Source: a candidate division FCPU426 bacterium
GTDB taxonomy: Bacteria > Oederibacteriota > JAAXVQ01 > JAUVAV01
NCBI GenBank assembly: GCA_040756875.1
Contig: JBFLYH010000002.1
Coordinates: 1-64,000 of the forward strand
Direction: 5' to 3'
DNA length: 64,000 nt
Within the stretch, counting starts at the first letter, position 1. Every line of letters begins with the position of its first letter. The notes beneath the pieces were generated by a model. It was given only the letters and a program-made list of their open reading frames with translations. It ran no database searches and had not been told where the DNA came from. Made by a program: the position numbers and the translations under genes. Positions 28,140 to 38,362 of the stretch are shown here, piece by piece.

Positions 28140-29101
28140 TTCCGGCCCTCCAAAGCATCCGCGATCAGCCACAGGACCAGGTGGCCGAAATCGACTCCCA
28201 CGCAGCGCGCCGCTTCGGGCAGCAGGCTGGTGGCGGTCATGCCCGGAATGGTGTTGACTTCCAGAACCACCATGCGGCCCGAAGCCCCGGCGATGAGGTC
28301 CACCCGCGTGGCGCCCCGGCACCCCAGGGCCCGGTGGCTGGCCACGGCCAGGGCCTGCGCCCGCCGCGTCCAGGACCCGGGCAACTGGGCCGGCAGGATG
28401 TGATCCGACATACCGGCCACGTATTTCGCTTCGTAATCGTAAAATTCCTTTTTAGGCTTGATCTCGATCACCGGTAGCGCCTGGCCGGCCATTACGCCGA
28501 CCGACAGTTCCCGTCCCGGCACGAAACGCTCGACCAGCACTTCGTCGCCGAAACGGCGCGCCTGCGCCAGGGCCCGTTCCAGGGCGGCCGCGGTTTTTAC
28601 GATGGTCACGCCGATGGCCGATCCCTGGGCATTGGGCTTGACCACCAGCGGCAGCCGCAGGCCCCGCGGCAGGGCGCGGTCTCCGCGCGCCAGCAGCACG
28701 CCCGGCGCGGTCGGAATGCCGGCTTGGTTCAATACCTGTTTCGCGCGGTATTTGTCCATGGCCAGGGCCGAGGCCAGCACCCGCGAATCCGTGTGCGGAA
28801 TCTCCATCCACTCCAGCCAGCCCTGGATTTTACCGTCCTCGCCGCCCGGCCCGTGCAGGCACAACACCGCCACAGCCGGTTTAAGCGCGGCCAGGCGCAG
28901 CACGTCCTGCGGCCGCTTCAGGTCCAGGCCCAGGGCGCGGACGCCCCGTTCCCGCAGGGCTTTCACAACCGCCTGGCCGGAAAGCAGGGAGATTTCGCGT
29001 TCAGCCGAACGGCCGCCCATGAGCACCGCCACCCGGCGCCGGCCCAAACGGCTGCGCAGGGTTTCGGCGTCCGGAATCTTTAAAGCGGGTGCGGGCTTCA
29101 T
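28136..29101 (-). CDS. ddl: D-alanine--D-alanine ligase
   Basis: GGRSAEREISL, LHGPGGEDG, MDK, GSAIG, YDYEAKY, EVNTIPGMT; start at MKPAP. Confidence 0.96.
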   Translation of the reverse strand: MKPAPALKIPDAETLRSRLGRRRVAVLMGGRSAEREISLLSGQAVVKALRERGVRALGLDLKRPQDVLRLAALKPAVAVLCLHGPGGEDGKIQGWLEWMEIPHTDSRVLASALAMDKYRAKQVLNQAGIPTAPGVLLARGDRALPRGLRLPLVVKPNAQGSAIGVTIVKTAAALERALAQARRFGDEVLVERFVPGRELSVGVMAGQALPVIEIKPKKEFYDYEAKYVAGMSDHILPAQLPGSWTRRAQALAVASHRALGCRGATRVDLIAGASGRMVVLEVNTIPGMTATSLLPEAARCVGVDFGHLVLWLIADALEGRN

Positions 29102-30543
29102 TTTTTCCTCCCGGACCGTGCGCCGGCCACCAGGGCCCGGCCCAGCTGCCAGACATCGCCGGCGCCGAGGGTCACCACCAAATCGCCCTGGCGCAAATCG
29201 GCCCGTATCTTCCTCTGCAAAGCGGCCAGGGGCAGCGGTCCGGCGTCCGCGGCGCGGCCTTCCAGACGAAGCTGGTCCGCGATCAGCTGGGCGGTCACGC
29301 CCGGCAGGGGCCGCTCCCGCGCCGGATAAATGTCCGCCAGGTAGATCCGGTCCGCCAGCAACAGGGCGCGAGCGAATTGGCGGTAAAGCCGCTGCGTGCG
29401 GGAGAACAAATGGGGCTGGAACACCGCCACCAGGCGCCCGGGATTCAGGGACCGGGCCGCGGTGAGCGTGGCCGCCACCTCCGTGGGATGATGGGCGTAA
29501 TCGTCGACCACCGCGGCGCCCTGGACCACGCCCACGCGTTCGAACCGGCGCTTGACGCCGGTGAATCCGGCCAGCGCCTTCTGGATCACGGCGAACGGGA
29601 TGCCGAGTTCCAAGGCCATGCCGGCCGCGGCCAGGGCGTTGGAAACGTTGAAGCGGCCCGGCTGGCTGAGCTGGACGCGGCCGAGCCGCCGTCCGTTCCG
29701 CAGCAGCAAGAAGCTTTGACGCTGCCGTTCCACCAGCAAAGCTTCGGCACGCAGTTCGGCCTCGGCGCCGAACCCGTACATGATCTTGCGGCTGGTGATC
29801 CGGGGCAGCAAGGCGCGGATTCCCGGATCGTCCGCGTTCAGAACCGCGAAACCCCAGAACGGCACGCGGTTGATGAAAGCCAAAAACGCCTCGTCCAGGG
29901 CCGACCGGGACCCGTAATTTTCCAGGTGGTCGTCGTCCACGTTGGTCACGGCCACGGCCACCGGGAACAGATGCAGGAAGGAGCTGAACGCCTCGCATGC
30001 CTCCACCACGAAATAATCGCCGCGGCCGCGCCGCGCGCCCTGGTTGATGTTGTTGAGAATGCCGCCGATCACCATGGTGGGGTCCCAGCCGGCCTGCGCC
30101 AGGATCCAGGCCACCATGGAGGTGGTCGTGGTCTTGCCGTGGGTTCCGGCAATGGCCAGGCCCTGCTTGAGCCGCATCAGGTCGTTGAGCACCTGGGCCC
30201 GCGGCATCACGGCCAGGCGCCGGTCGCGGGCCGCCACCAATTCGACGTTGGTGTCCGGCACGGCGTTGGAGACCACGACCAAGTCCACGGTCTCGGGCAG
30301 GTTCTCCGCACGGTGCCCGATGCCGACCCGGGCGCCCAGGCGCTGCAGCCGGCGGGTCGCGTCCGTGGCTTTCAGGTCCGAACCTGAAACCCGGTAGCCG
30401 AGGTTGAGCAGCACCTCGGCGATGCCGCTCATGCCCGCGCCGCCGATGCCCACGAAGTGGATGGAGCCCCGGGAGCGCAGACCGACTTTTTTCCCGGTCC
30501 GGTTTTCGGTTTTTTTCTTGATCGCCATGGTTCTTTTCCTCAA
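29098..30543 (-). CDS. murC: UDP-N-acetylmuramate--L-alanine ligase
   Basis: HFVGIGGAGMSGIA, GTHGKTTT, DDYAHHPTE, FQPH. Confidence 0.97.
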   Translation of the reverse strand: MRKRTMAIKKKTENRTGKKVGLRSRGSIHFVGIGGAGMSGIAEVLLNLGYRVSGSDLKATDATRRLQRLGARVGIGHRAENLPETVDLVVVSNAVPDTNVELVAARDRRLAVMPRAQVLNDLMRLKQGLAIAGTHGKTTTTSMVAWILAQAGWDPTMVIGGILNNINQGARRGRGDYFVVEACEAFSSFLHLFPVAVAVTNVDDDHLENYGSRSALDEAFLAFINRVPFWGFAVLNADDPGIRALLPRITSRKIMYGFGAEAELRAEALLVERQRQSFLLLRNGRRLGRVQLSQPGRFNVSNALAAAGMALELGIPFAVIQKALAGFTGVKRRFERVGVVQGAAVVDDYAHHPTEVAATLTAARSLNPGRLVAVFQPHLFSRTQRLYRQFARALLLADRIYLADIYPARERPLPGVTAQLIADQLRLEGRAADAGPLPLAALQRKIRADLRQGDLVVTLGAGDVWQLGRALVAGARSGRKK

Positions 30544-31652
30544 CGCGCTTTAAGCGCCAGCTTGATCATCAGGCGCGCCAGCACCTGCGATGCATGCTTG
30601 GGATAATCCGCCGCCAGCACGGCGGCGCACTCCTTCATGAACGACAGCCGCTTCGTCAGTTTAAGCAGGCGCGCCAGCAGGCGCCGGGGGCTGACCTCCT
30701 GGTCCAGCAGCACTTCGGCCGCCCCCAGCTTTTGCATCACCTCGGCGTTTTGTAGCTGGTGGTTGGCCGTGGCGTGCGGATAAGGCACCAGCAAAGCCGG
30801 CGTGCCTGTGGCCGACAGTTCGGCCACTGTGCCGGCGCCGGCCCGGGCCAGGACCAGGTCCGCCGCCGCGTAGGCTTCGGGCACCGCCGTAATGAAGGGA
30901 TGCGCCGCGCCGTCCATTCCCGACCGCGCCATGGCTCCCTGCGCCAGTTCCAAATCCGCCTCCCCGGTCATCCACAGCAATTGCAGCTCGGGTTTCCGCT
31001 GCTTCAGGCCCGGCAGCAGTTCAGCCATCGCCTGGTTGATGCGGCGCGCGCCGGCGCTGCCCGGAAACACGAACAGCACCGGGCGGTTCGGATCCAGCCC
31101 GTAAGCCAGACAGCCTTCGTTCCGCGTCGGCACGTTCAAGCCTTCACGCAGGGGGAACCCGGTCACGGTCACCCGCTCGGCCGGGAAATATTCCGCGGTC
31201 TGGGGATAATTCACGCACACCTTCGTCACCCAGGCGCCGGCCCAGCGGTTGGCCAGGCCGGGAATCAGGTTGCTTTCATGGATGATCGTGGGCAGCCCCA
31301 GGCTGACCGCGGCCATCATCACCGGCCCGCAGACATATCCGCCCGTGCCCAATACCACCCGCACGTTCAGGCGCCGCAGCTCCCGGCGGGCCTGTCCCCA
31401 GCCCTGCGAAGCCTGCCAGAGGCTCTTCACGTTCTTCAAGGTCAGGCGCCGTTCCAATCCGCTCAAGACCAGCCCGCAAAAAGGGATCTGCTGCCGCGTT
31501 GCCAGTTCCTCCTCCCGGCCGCCTGCGCGGCCGAAATAGCACAGCGACACGTCCGGATCCTCCCGGCGCAGCGCCTGGATCACGGCCAGGGCGGGAAAGA
31601 TGTGGCCCCCGGTCCCTCCGCCGCAAATCCCGAATGTGTTTCCACGCGCCAT
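30540..31652 (-). CDS. murG: undecaprenyl-PP-MurNAc-pentapeptide GlcNAc transferase
   Basis: GGGTGGHIFPA, TGGYV, HESNLIPGLAN, RAGAGTVAE, HQLQNA; start ATG 31652. Confidence 0.96.
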   Translation of the reverse strand: MARGNTFGICGGGTGGHIFPALAVIQALRREDPDVSLCYFGRAGGREEELATRQQIPFCGLVLSGLERRLTLKNVKSLWQASQGWGQARRELRRLNVRVVLGTGGYVCGPVMMAAVSLGLPTIIHESNLIPGLANRWAGAWVTKVCVNYPQTAEYFPAERVTVTGFPLREGLNVPTRNEGCLAYGLDPNRPVLFVFPGSAGARRINQAMAELLPGLKQRKPELQLLWMTGEADLELAQGAMARSGMDGAAHPFITAVPEAYAAADLVLARAGAGTVAELSATGTPALLVPYPHATANHQLQNAEVMQKLGAAEVLLDQEVSPRRLLARLLKLTKRLSFMKECAAVLAADYPKHASQVLARLMIKLALKAR

Positions 31653-32770
31653 CAGCCGGTCTCCTCCGGCAGGGTGCGGGACACGGAGAGCAGGATGCCG
31701 ATCCCCACCAGCGTGAAAAACAGCGACGAGCCGCCCGAGCTCACGAGCGGCAGCGGCGTCCCCTTGGTGGGAAACAGGCCGGCGGTCACGCCCATGTTGA
31801 TGACGGCCTGCAGCCCGAACAGGAGCGCCAAGCCGCCGGCCAGCAGCTTGCCGAACCGGTCCGGGCAGCGCCGGGCGATGCTGAAGCATTTCCAAATCAA
31901 CAGGCCGAAGAGCAGCAGCAGGCCGAAGGCCCCCACGAACCCCAGCTCCTCGCCCACGATGCTGAAAATGAAATCCGTATGCGGCGCGGGCAGGTAAAAA
32001 AGTTTTTGCTGGCTCTCGCCCAAGCCGCGCCCCCACAACCCGCCGCTGCCCAGGGCCAGGAACGACTGGATCACCTGGAAGCCCTTGCCCAGCGGCTCCT
32101 GCCAGGGATTGAAGAAGGCGTCCAGCCGCCGGCGGCGGTAGTCCACCTGGAACACCAGGTAAAAAACCACGGGCAGCGCCGCCAGCAGCAGGGTGAGCAA
32201 ATGGGTGAAACGCACGCCCGCCGCATACATCAGGGCCAGGCTGACGGCCAGCAGGATCACCGCGGTCCCCAAATCCGGCTGGAGCAGCAGCAAGCCCGCG
32301 AATCCGGCCACCACCAGCAGGGGCGGCAGGAAGCCCTCGGTCCAGGATTCGAGTTTGCCTTCTTTACGCGCCAGCGCGTCGGCCAAATACACCACGATCG
32401 CGACCTTGAGCAGCTCCGCCGGCTGGAAGGACAGCGGGCCCAGCGCCAGCCAGCGGCGGGCGCCGCCCGCGGTTTTCCCCATCGGGAAAAACAGCACAGC
32501 CAGCAGGCACAGCCCGCAGGCGAGCAGGACCGGCTTGGCCCAGGGACGCAGCCGCGGATAAGGATATTGGGCCAGCACCCACAGGGCGCCGAACCCCAGC
32601 AGCGCCCAGACCAGCTGGCGCTTGATGAAATAATAGAAGTCGCCGTAGGTCTTCATGGCCAGGATGCTGGAGGCCGAATACACCATGATCAGGCCGAACC
32701 CCACCAGCACCGTGGTCACCGCGAGCAAAGTGATGTCCACATTGCCCCCGGCGCCGTGGCGGACGTTCAT
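31652..32770 (-). CDS. ftsW: SEDS peptidoglycan polymerase FtsW
   Basis: GARRW, FQPAE, QPDLGT, PHTDFIF, GEELG, PTKG. Confidence 0.97.
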   Translation of the reverse strand: MNVRHGAGGNVDITLLAVTTVLVGFGLIMVYSASSILAMKTYGDFYYFIKRQLVWALLGFGALWVLAQYPYPRLRPWAKPVLLACGLCLLAVLFFPMGKTAGGARRWLALGPLSFQPAELLKVAIVVYLADALARKEGKLESWTEGFLPPLLVVAGFAGLLLLQPDLGTAVILLAVSLALMYAAGVRFTHLLTLLLAALPVVFYLVFQVDYRRRRLDAFFNPWQEPLGKGFQVIQSFLALGSGGLWGRGLGESQQKLFYLPAPHTDFIFSIVGEELGFVGAFGLLLLFGLLIWKCFSIARRCPDRFGKLLAGGLALLFGLQAVINMGVTAGLFPTKGTPLPLVSSGGSSLFFTLVGIGILLSVSRTLPEETG

Positions 32771-34152
32771 GAGGCCGCTCCCCTTTCTCCGGCTTCCTTT
32801 TCCAGCCGCCTGACCACCGCCTTGAACACCTCGCCGCGCTCCTCGTAATTCGCGAATTGGTCGAAGCTGGCGCAGCCGGGCGAGAGCAGCACGATGTCGC
32901 CCTCCCGGGCCAGGCCGGCCGCCGCGCGCACCGCCTCCTCCATGCGTTCCGCCGGGTGGACGGGCACGGTGCCCTGGACCTGCTTGGCGATCTTGTCCGC
33001 CGCCTCGCCCGTCACCACCACGGCGCGGACCCGCTGCTGGATCAGTTCCCGCAGAGCGGTAAAATCGCCGTTCTTGTCCCGGCCGCCGAGGATCAGCACC
33101 AGCGGCGCCTGGAAGCTTTGCAGCGCCTTGGACACCGCGTCCACATTGGTGCCCTTGGAGTCGTTGACGTAGCGCACGCCCCTGACCAGCGCCACGGGCT
33201 CCAGCCGGTGGGCCACGCCCCGGAACTCCCGCAGCGTCTTGGCCAGGCTCGCCGGTTTCACGCCCTGGCTGAGGGCCAGGGCCGCGGCCGCCAGGGCGTT
33301 CTCCTGGTTGTGGGGGCCGGGAATGAGCAGTTCGTCGGCCAAAACCAGTTCGCCCTGGCCGAGGCCGAACAGGCGGTACTGCAGAATTCCCTTCTCGATC
33401 CAGGTGCCCTCGATTTCCGGCGGGCGCAGCCGGGAAAAGGTCAGCACCCGCGACTGCGCCTGGGTGGAAAGCAGCGGCGTGTACTTGTCGTCGGCGTTGA
33501 GCACCAGGAAATCATGCGGTTCCTGGTTGCGCATGATGCGCGCCTTGGCTTCCACGTACGCCTGCATGTGCGGGTACCGGTCCAGATGGTCCGGCGTGAT
33601 GTTCAGGATGGCCGCGGCCTGCGGCCTGAAGGTCTGAATGGTCTCGAGCTGGAAACTTGAGACTTCCAGAACGATGACCCCGTTTTCCGGCGCCTCGCCG
33701 GCCACCTGGCACAGCGGCAGGCCCACGTTGCCGGCCAGGATCGTCGGGAACCCCGCGTCTGCGAAGATCTTGGCCAGCAGGTTGACCGTGGTGGTCTTGC
33801 CGTTGGTGCCGGTCACCGCGACGATCCGGCCCCGGCAAAACCGGTAGCCCAGCTCCATTTCCGAAATCACGGGGATCTGCAGCTCCTGGGCCTCCTTCAG
33901 CAGCGGCACCGTAAGCGGCACGCCCGGCGACAGCACGATCAGTTCCGCCTCCTTGACGCTGTCCGGATGGTGGCCGCCGGTCTCCACGGCCGCCCCCAGG
34001 CTCCGGAGCTTCTCCGCGGCGCCGGCCAGCGCTTCGGCCGGTTTCTGATCCGTCACCGTGACGCGAGCGCCCTCGCGCACGAGCAACGCCGCGGCCGCGA
34101 GGCCGCTGCGCGCCATGCCCACCACCAAGACCCGTTTCCCTTTCACGTCCAC
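32767..34152 (-). CDS. murD: UDP-MurNAc-L-Ala--D-glutamate ligase
   Basis: GTNGKTTT, EVSSFQL, DHLDRY, NDSKGTN, LSPGCASFDQF. Confidence 0.97.
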   Translation of the reverse strand: MDVKGKRVLVVGMARSGLAAAALLVREGARVTVTDQKPAEALAGAAEKLRSLGAAVETGGHHPDSVKEAELIVLSPGVPLTVPLLKEAQELQIPVISEMELGYRFCRGRIVAVTGTNGKTTTVNLLAKIFADAGFPTILAGNVGLPLCQVAGEAPENGVIVLEVSSFQLETIQTFRPQAAAILNITPDHLDRYPHMQAYVEAKARIMRNQEPHDFLVLNADDKYTPLLSTQAQSRVLTFSRLRPPEIEGTWIEKGILQYRLFGLGQGELVLADELLIPGPHNQENALAAAALALSQGVKPASLAKTLREFRGVAHRLEPVALVRGVRYVNDSKGTNVDAVSKALQSFQAPLVLILGGRDKNGDFTALRELIQQRVRAVVVTGEAADKIAKQVQGTVPVHPAERMEEAVRAAAGLAREGDIVLLSPGCASFDQFANYEERGEVFKAVVRRLEKEAGERGAAS

Positions 34153-34190
34153 TTCGCTTCTCCTTGACCCGTTGATCCGCTTGCGTTTCC

Positions 34191-35276
34191 CTACCTGACT
34201 TTAAGCGTGCTGAGGGTGATGACCGCCAGCATGATGGCCACGATCCAAAAGCGCGTGATGATCTTCGGCTCGGACCAGCCCGCAAGCTCGAAATGATGGT
34301 GCAAGGGCGCCATGCGGAACACCCGTTTTTTCGTCAGCTTGAACACCGTCACCTGGATCACGACCGACATCAATTCGGCCACGAATACGCCGCCCACGAC
34401 CAGGAGCAGCAATTCCTGCTTGATCAGGACCGCCAGGGTGCCCAGCATCCCGCCCAGGGAGAGGGACCCCGTGTCGCCCATGAACACCTCGGCCGGGTGG
34501 GCGTTAAACCAGAGAAACCCCAGGGCCGCGCCCACCATCGCGCTGCCCACCACGGTCAGCTCCCCGCCGGCGGGGATGAAAATCACCTTCAGGTAGCTGG
34601 CGAACTTGGCGTTGGCCACGACGTAACTCATCACGCTGAACGTGCCGGCCACCAGGGCCAGGGAGCCGATGGCCAGCCCGTCAAGCCCGTCGGTCAGGTT
34701 GACCCCGTTGCTCGATCCGGTGATGATCAGCATGCCGAAGAGAAAATACAGCCAGACCGGCAGGCACACCGGGTGCGACACGAACGGGACGTTCAGGCAG
34801 GCGGCATGGGGCCACAGCTGTCCGTCCCGCATGATCCAGAGCATGATCAGCGCGCTGCCCGCGAGCTGAAGGACCAGTTTGGCCCGGGCGAACAGCCCCT
34901 TGGACTGCCGCCGCCGGGTCTTGATCACATCGTCCAGCATCCCCACCAGGCCGAACCACAGCAGCGAAAAGGTCAGGATGCCGATGCCCGACTGCTCCCA
35001 GCGCGCCCAGAGCAGCAGGCTGCTCAGGATGGCGGCCAGAATGATCAGGCCGCCCATGGTCGGCGTGCCGGCCTTCTGCTGGTGCCGGTCCGGGCCTTCT
35101 TCGCGGATGTTCTGGCCGATGCCGCGCCGCCTGAGCCAGCGGATGACCGGCGGGCCGATGAACAGGCACACGGCAAAGGCCGTAAGCGCAGCGTACACCG
35201 AACGGAACGTGATGTACCTGAACAGGTTGAACGCGGTCCAGGTCTCGGCCAGCGGGTACAGCAGGTAATACAGCAC
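34191..35276 (-). CDS. mraY: phospho-MurNAc-pentapeptide transferase
   Basis: KAGTPTMGG, NLTDGLDGL, FMGDTGSL, APLHHHFE; GTG start after GGGAGG. Confidence 0.97.
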   Translation of the reverse strand: MLYYLLYPLAETWTAFNLFRYITFRSVYAALTAFAVCLFIGPPVIRWLRRRGIGQNIREEGPDRHQQKAGTPTMGGLIILAAILSSLLLWARWEQSGIGILTFSLLWFGLVGMLDDVIKTRRRQSKGLFARAKLVLQLAGSALIMLWIMRDGQLWPHAACLNVPFVSHPVCLPVWLYFLFGMLIITGSSNGVNLTDGLDGLAIGSLALVAGTFSVMSYVVANAKFASYLKVIFIPAGGELTVVGSAMVGAALGFLWFNAHPAEVFMGDTGSLSLGGMLGTLAVLIKQELLLLVVGGVFVAELMSVVIQVTVFKLTKKRVFRMAPLHHHFELAGWSEPKIITRFWIVAIMLAVITLSTLKVR

Positions 35277-35325
35277 TACAGCCTCCCACGTCGGAACATT
35301 GAGGCGTCTTTCCCCTCTCGCAAGG

Positions 35326-35473
35326 GTTGAATGTTGAATGGGGGCGGCGGAGGCGTGGGCGACGTCGGCGTCGGAGGCGTCATCGGGCGTCGTCGGCAAC
35401 GGGTCGGCGTGGCACGGGCGTCGTTAGGGTGGATGACGTGGCGTCGATACGGGTCGTCCATTCAACATTCAAC
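35326..35473. repeat. hairpin element with heptamer-repeat arms between murF and mraY
   Basis: Perfect 16-bp IR GTTGAATGTTGAATGG/CCATTCAACATTCAAC around a low-complexity GGCGTC/GGCGTG-rich loop. Confidence 0.8.
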
Positions 35474-35489
35474 GCTTACGAGAGTGCGA

Positions 35490-36866
35490 TCACCGCCTTA
35501 ACCAGCGTTTCATTTCTTCCACCACCGCCTCCAGCCCGATGCGGCGCGACCCTTTGATTAAAATCAGGTCGCCCTGCACGGACAGGCGGAGTTTGAGCCA
35601 GGCAAACACTTCCTCGGCCGAATCCACCTTGGCGATCCATTCCATGCCCCCGGCCTGGCGCGCGCCCACGGCGATGCCGCGGGCCTCCTCGCCGACCGTG
35701 ATCAGGCCCTGCACGCCGGCCTGGGCCGCCAACCGGCCCAGGGCGTGGTGCGCCGGCGCGGACTGGGCGCCGAGTTCCAGCATGCTGCCGGCCACGAAGA
35801 ACTTGCGTCCGGGCGAAGGCAGCTCGGCCAGCAGCTCCAGGGCCTTGGCGGCGGACTGGGGATTGCTGTTGTAGGCATCGTTCAGCACGCGGTGCTGCCC
35901 GACGCGCAGCAATTCCAGGCGCATGGGCGTCTTCTGGTGAAACCCTTCCAGCGCGCGGCACGCCGTCTTGAAAGGCTGGCCCAGGGCCACGGCGCCCGCC
36001 ACCGCGGCCGCCGCGTTCCAAGCCTGGTGGGCGCCGAGCACCCCCAGGCGCACGGATTGCTTCTCGCCCTCGTACGCCAGTATAAAGTGCGTGCCCGAAA
36101 GCCGCACCGCCACTTCCCCGATCCGGAGGTGCGCCTGCGGCGATTGCCCGAAAGTGATCACGTGCTTGCGCCCGCGCGCCGCCTTGGCCAAATGGGGGTC
36201 GTCCGCATTCAAAACGGCGATGCCGTCGGCCGGAAGCTCGGCCAGCAGTTCGAGCTTGGCCGTGACCAGCGCCTGTTTGCTGCGGAAACGGCCCAGGTGC
36301 GCGTCGCCGATATTGGTGATGATGCCCACCAGGGGCCGGGCCAGGCGGGCCAGGCGCCGGATTTCGCCGGGGGCGTTCATGCCCATTTCCACCACGCCCA
36401 GTTTCAGCTTTGAAGTGAGGCGCAGCAGGGTCAGGGGCAGTCCCAGGTCGTTGTTATTGTTGCCGCGGCTTTCCAGGATGCTCTCGCGCCGGCCCAGGAT
36501 GACGGCCAGCATTTCCTTGGTCGCGGTTTTGCCGCTGCTGCCCGTGACCGCCGCCAGGCGCAAACCCGGGAACTGCTGGCGGTAAGCGCCGGCCAAGTCG
36601 CCCAGGGCTTTGCGGCTGTCGGAGACCAGCACCTGCGGCAGGTTCGGCAGCGGACGTTCGCACAGCACGGCGCCGGCGCCGGATGAAACCGCCAGGCCGG
36701 CATAGTCCTGGCCGTCCACCCGTTCCCCGCGCAGGGCCACGAACAACTGGCCCGGCAGGATTTGGCGCGAATCGATCGAGACGCCTGAAATTTTCCGGCT
36801 GCGGGGCGCGTGCAGCAGCTGGCCGCTGACCGCGTTGACCACCTTGCCCAGCGTCATGTCCTCCAT
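35490..36866 (-). CDS. murF: UDP-MurNAc-tripeptide--D-Ala-D-Ala ligase
   Basis: IDSR, TGSSGKT, NNDLGLP, EMGMN, NDAYNSNP, KGSR; start at MEDMT. Confidence 0.96.
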   Translation of the reverse strand: MEDMTLGKVVNAVSGQLLHAPRSRKISGVSIDSRQILPGQLFVALRGERVDGQDYAGLAVSSGAGAVLCERPLPNLPQVLVSDSRKALGDLAGAYRQQFPGLRLAAVTGSSGKTATKEMLAVILGRRESILESRGNNNNDLGLPLTLLRLTSKLKLGVVEMGMNAPGEIRRLARLARPLVGIITNIGDAHLGRFRSKQALVTAKLELLAELPADGIAVLNADDPHLAKAARGRKHVITFGQSPQAHLRIGEVAVRLSGTHFILAYEGEKQSVRLGVLGAHQAWNAAAAVAGAVALGQPFKTACRALEGFHQKTPMRLELLRVGQHRVLNDAYNSNPQSAAKALELLAELPSPGRKFFVAGSMLELGAQSAPAHHALGRLAAQAGVQGLITVGEEARGIAVGARQAGGMEWIAKVDSAEEVFAWLKLRLSVQGDLILIKGSRRIGLEAVVEEMKRWLRR

Positions 36867-38362
36867 CCGCCCCTCCGTTTCCTTTGGGCCAGCCAGGCGG
36901 CGGCCACGGCCCGGTCGTCGAACGGCAGCGTCCGGCCACCCACCAGCTGGTACGTCTCGTGCCCTTTGCCCGCCAGGAGCACCGTATCGCCCCGGCGCGC
37001 GGCGGACAGCGCCAGGCCGATGGCGCGCTTGCGGTCCGGCTCCACCGTGCATTTCGCCCGGCGGCAGCCTTCCAGAATCTGACCGATGATTTTGCCCGGC
37101 GCTTCCCGCCGGGGATTGTCCGTGGTCACCACCACGTGGTCCGCCAGCCGCGACGCGATCTCGCCCATGGGCGCCCGCTTGCCGGCGTCCCGGTCGCCGC
37201 CGCAGCCGAAAACCACGAACAGGCGGCCGGGCGTGAACTCACGCGCCGCGGTCAGGATTTTTTCCAGCGCATCGGGCGTGTGGGCGTAATCCACCAGCAC
37301 CTGAAACGGCTGGGGCCCGGGAACGCGCTGCATGCGGCCCGGCACGCCGGCCACGGCCGCAAGCCCCTGCTGGACGGCCGCCGGCTTCGATCCCAGGCAC
37401 AAAGCCGCCGCAGCCGCGGCCAGGGCGTTCTGCACGTTGTGCCGGCCGGGCAGGCGGAGTTCGATGCGCGCGGAGCCGAAAGGCGTGCGCAGAAAAAAGC
37501 TGCTCCCGGACGGCCGCAGGCGCAGGCGCTCGGCGGTCACGGCCGCGCCGCGCCCCAGGCCGTAGGTAACCACCCGGGCGCCGCGGGCCGCGCGGCCCAT
37601 GGACGGGCCACAGGGATCGTCCGCGTTGACCACGGCCCATTTGGGCCCGGGTTTGCCTCCGGGCCGCGCCAGCTGGCGGAACAGCAGCCGCTTGGCCGCC
37701 GCGTAGCGGGCCAGGGTCCGGTGGAAATCCAGGTGTTCGGAAGTCAAGTTGGTGAACACCGCCACATCGTACTCGCACTCCGCCACGCGCCCTTCCACCA
37801 GCGCATGGGAGGAGACTTCCATGACCGCGGCCGAACAGCTCCGCTCGGTCATCTCGTGCAGCAGCCGCTGCACGTCCCAGGCCATGGGCGTGGTGTTCGG
37901 CGCCGGACGGCGCTCGCCGCCCAGGTCATAGACAATGGTTCCCAGCAGGCCGACGGGCGCCGGTCCGCGTCCCAAAATGGCCTGAATGAAATACGTCGCC
38001 GTGGTCTTGCCGTTGGTGCCGGTCACGCCCACCAGGCGCAGGCGCCGGGAAGGCTGATTGTAGAAAACCGGCGCGAGCCCGGCCAGCGCACGGGCCACGT
38101 CCGGCACCAGCAGCTGGGCCGTGCGCCGGGAATCCAGCCCGGCCACGCGCCGCGAAAGCATGACGGCGCTCGCGCCCTGCTTCACGGCCGCAGCAGCAAA
38201 GCCATGGCCGTCCGTCCGGCGCCCGCGCACGCAGGCGAACAGGTCGCCCGGTTGCGCCTCCCGCGAGTCGGCCGTGAGCCGGCGGATAAAAACCGGCGGA
38301 GCGCCGAGAACCCGGGCACCCGGCGTGCTGGCCGCCAGCAATCCGAAAGGCACGCTGATCAT
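36854..38362 (-). CDS. murE: UDP-MurNAc-dipeptide--diaminopimelate ligase
   Basis: GTNGKTT, MEVSSH, DYAHTPDA, GGDRD, DNPR (the meso-DAP-type motif), AGKGHE. Confidence 0.97.
   Translation of the reverse strand: MISVPFGLLAASTPGARVLGAPPVFIRRLTADSREAQPGDLFACVRGRRTDGHGFAAAAVKQGASAVMLSRRVAGLDSRRTAQLLVPDVARALAGLAPVFYNQPSRRLRLVGVTGTNGKTTATYFIQAILGRGPAPVGLLGTIVYDLGGERRPAPNTTPMAWDVQRLLHEMTERSCSAAVMEVSSHALVEGRVAECEYDVAVFTNLTSEHLDFHRTLARYAAAKRLLFRQLARPGGKPGPKWAVVNADDPCGPSMGRAARGARVVTYGLGRGAAVTAERLRLRPSGSSFFLRTPFGSARIELRLPGRHNVQNALAAAAAALCLGSKPAAVQQGLAAVAGVPGRMQRVPGPQPFQVLVDYAHTPDALEKILTAAREFTPGRLFVVFGCGGDRDAGKRAPMGEIASRLADHVVVTTDNPRREAPGKIIGQILEGCRRAKCTVEPDRKRAIGLALSAARRGDTVLLAGKGHETYQLVGGRTLPFDDRAVAAAWLAQRKRRGGWRT

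Noticed and set aside
28136-37052. Apparent long N-terminal extensions on ddl, murG, mraY and murF (also ftsZ, ftsQ, ftsI, glgA) in the ORF track
   Set aside because: Artefacts of taking the most upstream start; downstream starts with an RBS or stop-start coupling match the family N-termini.
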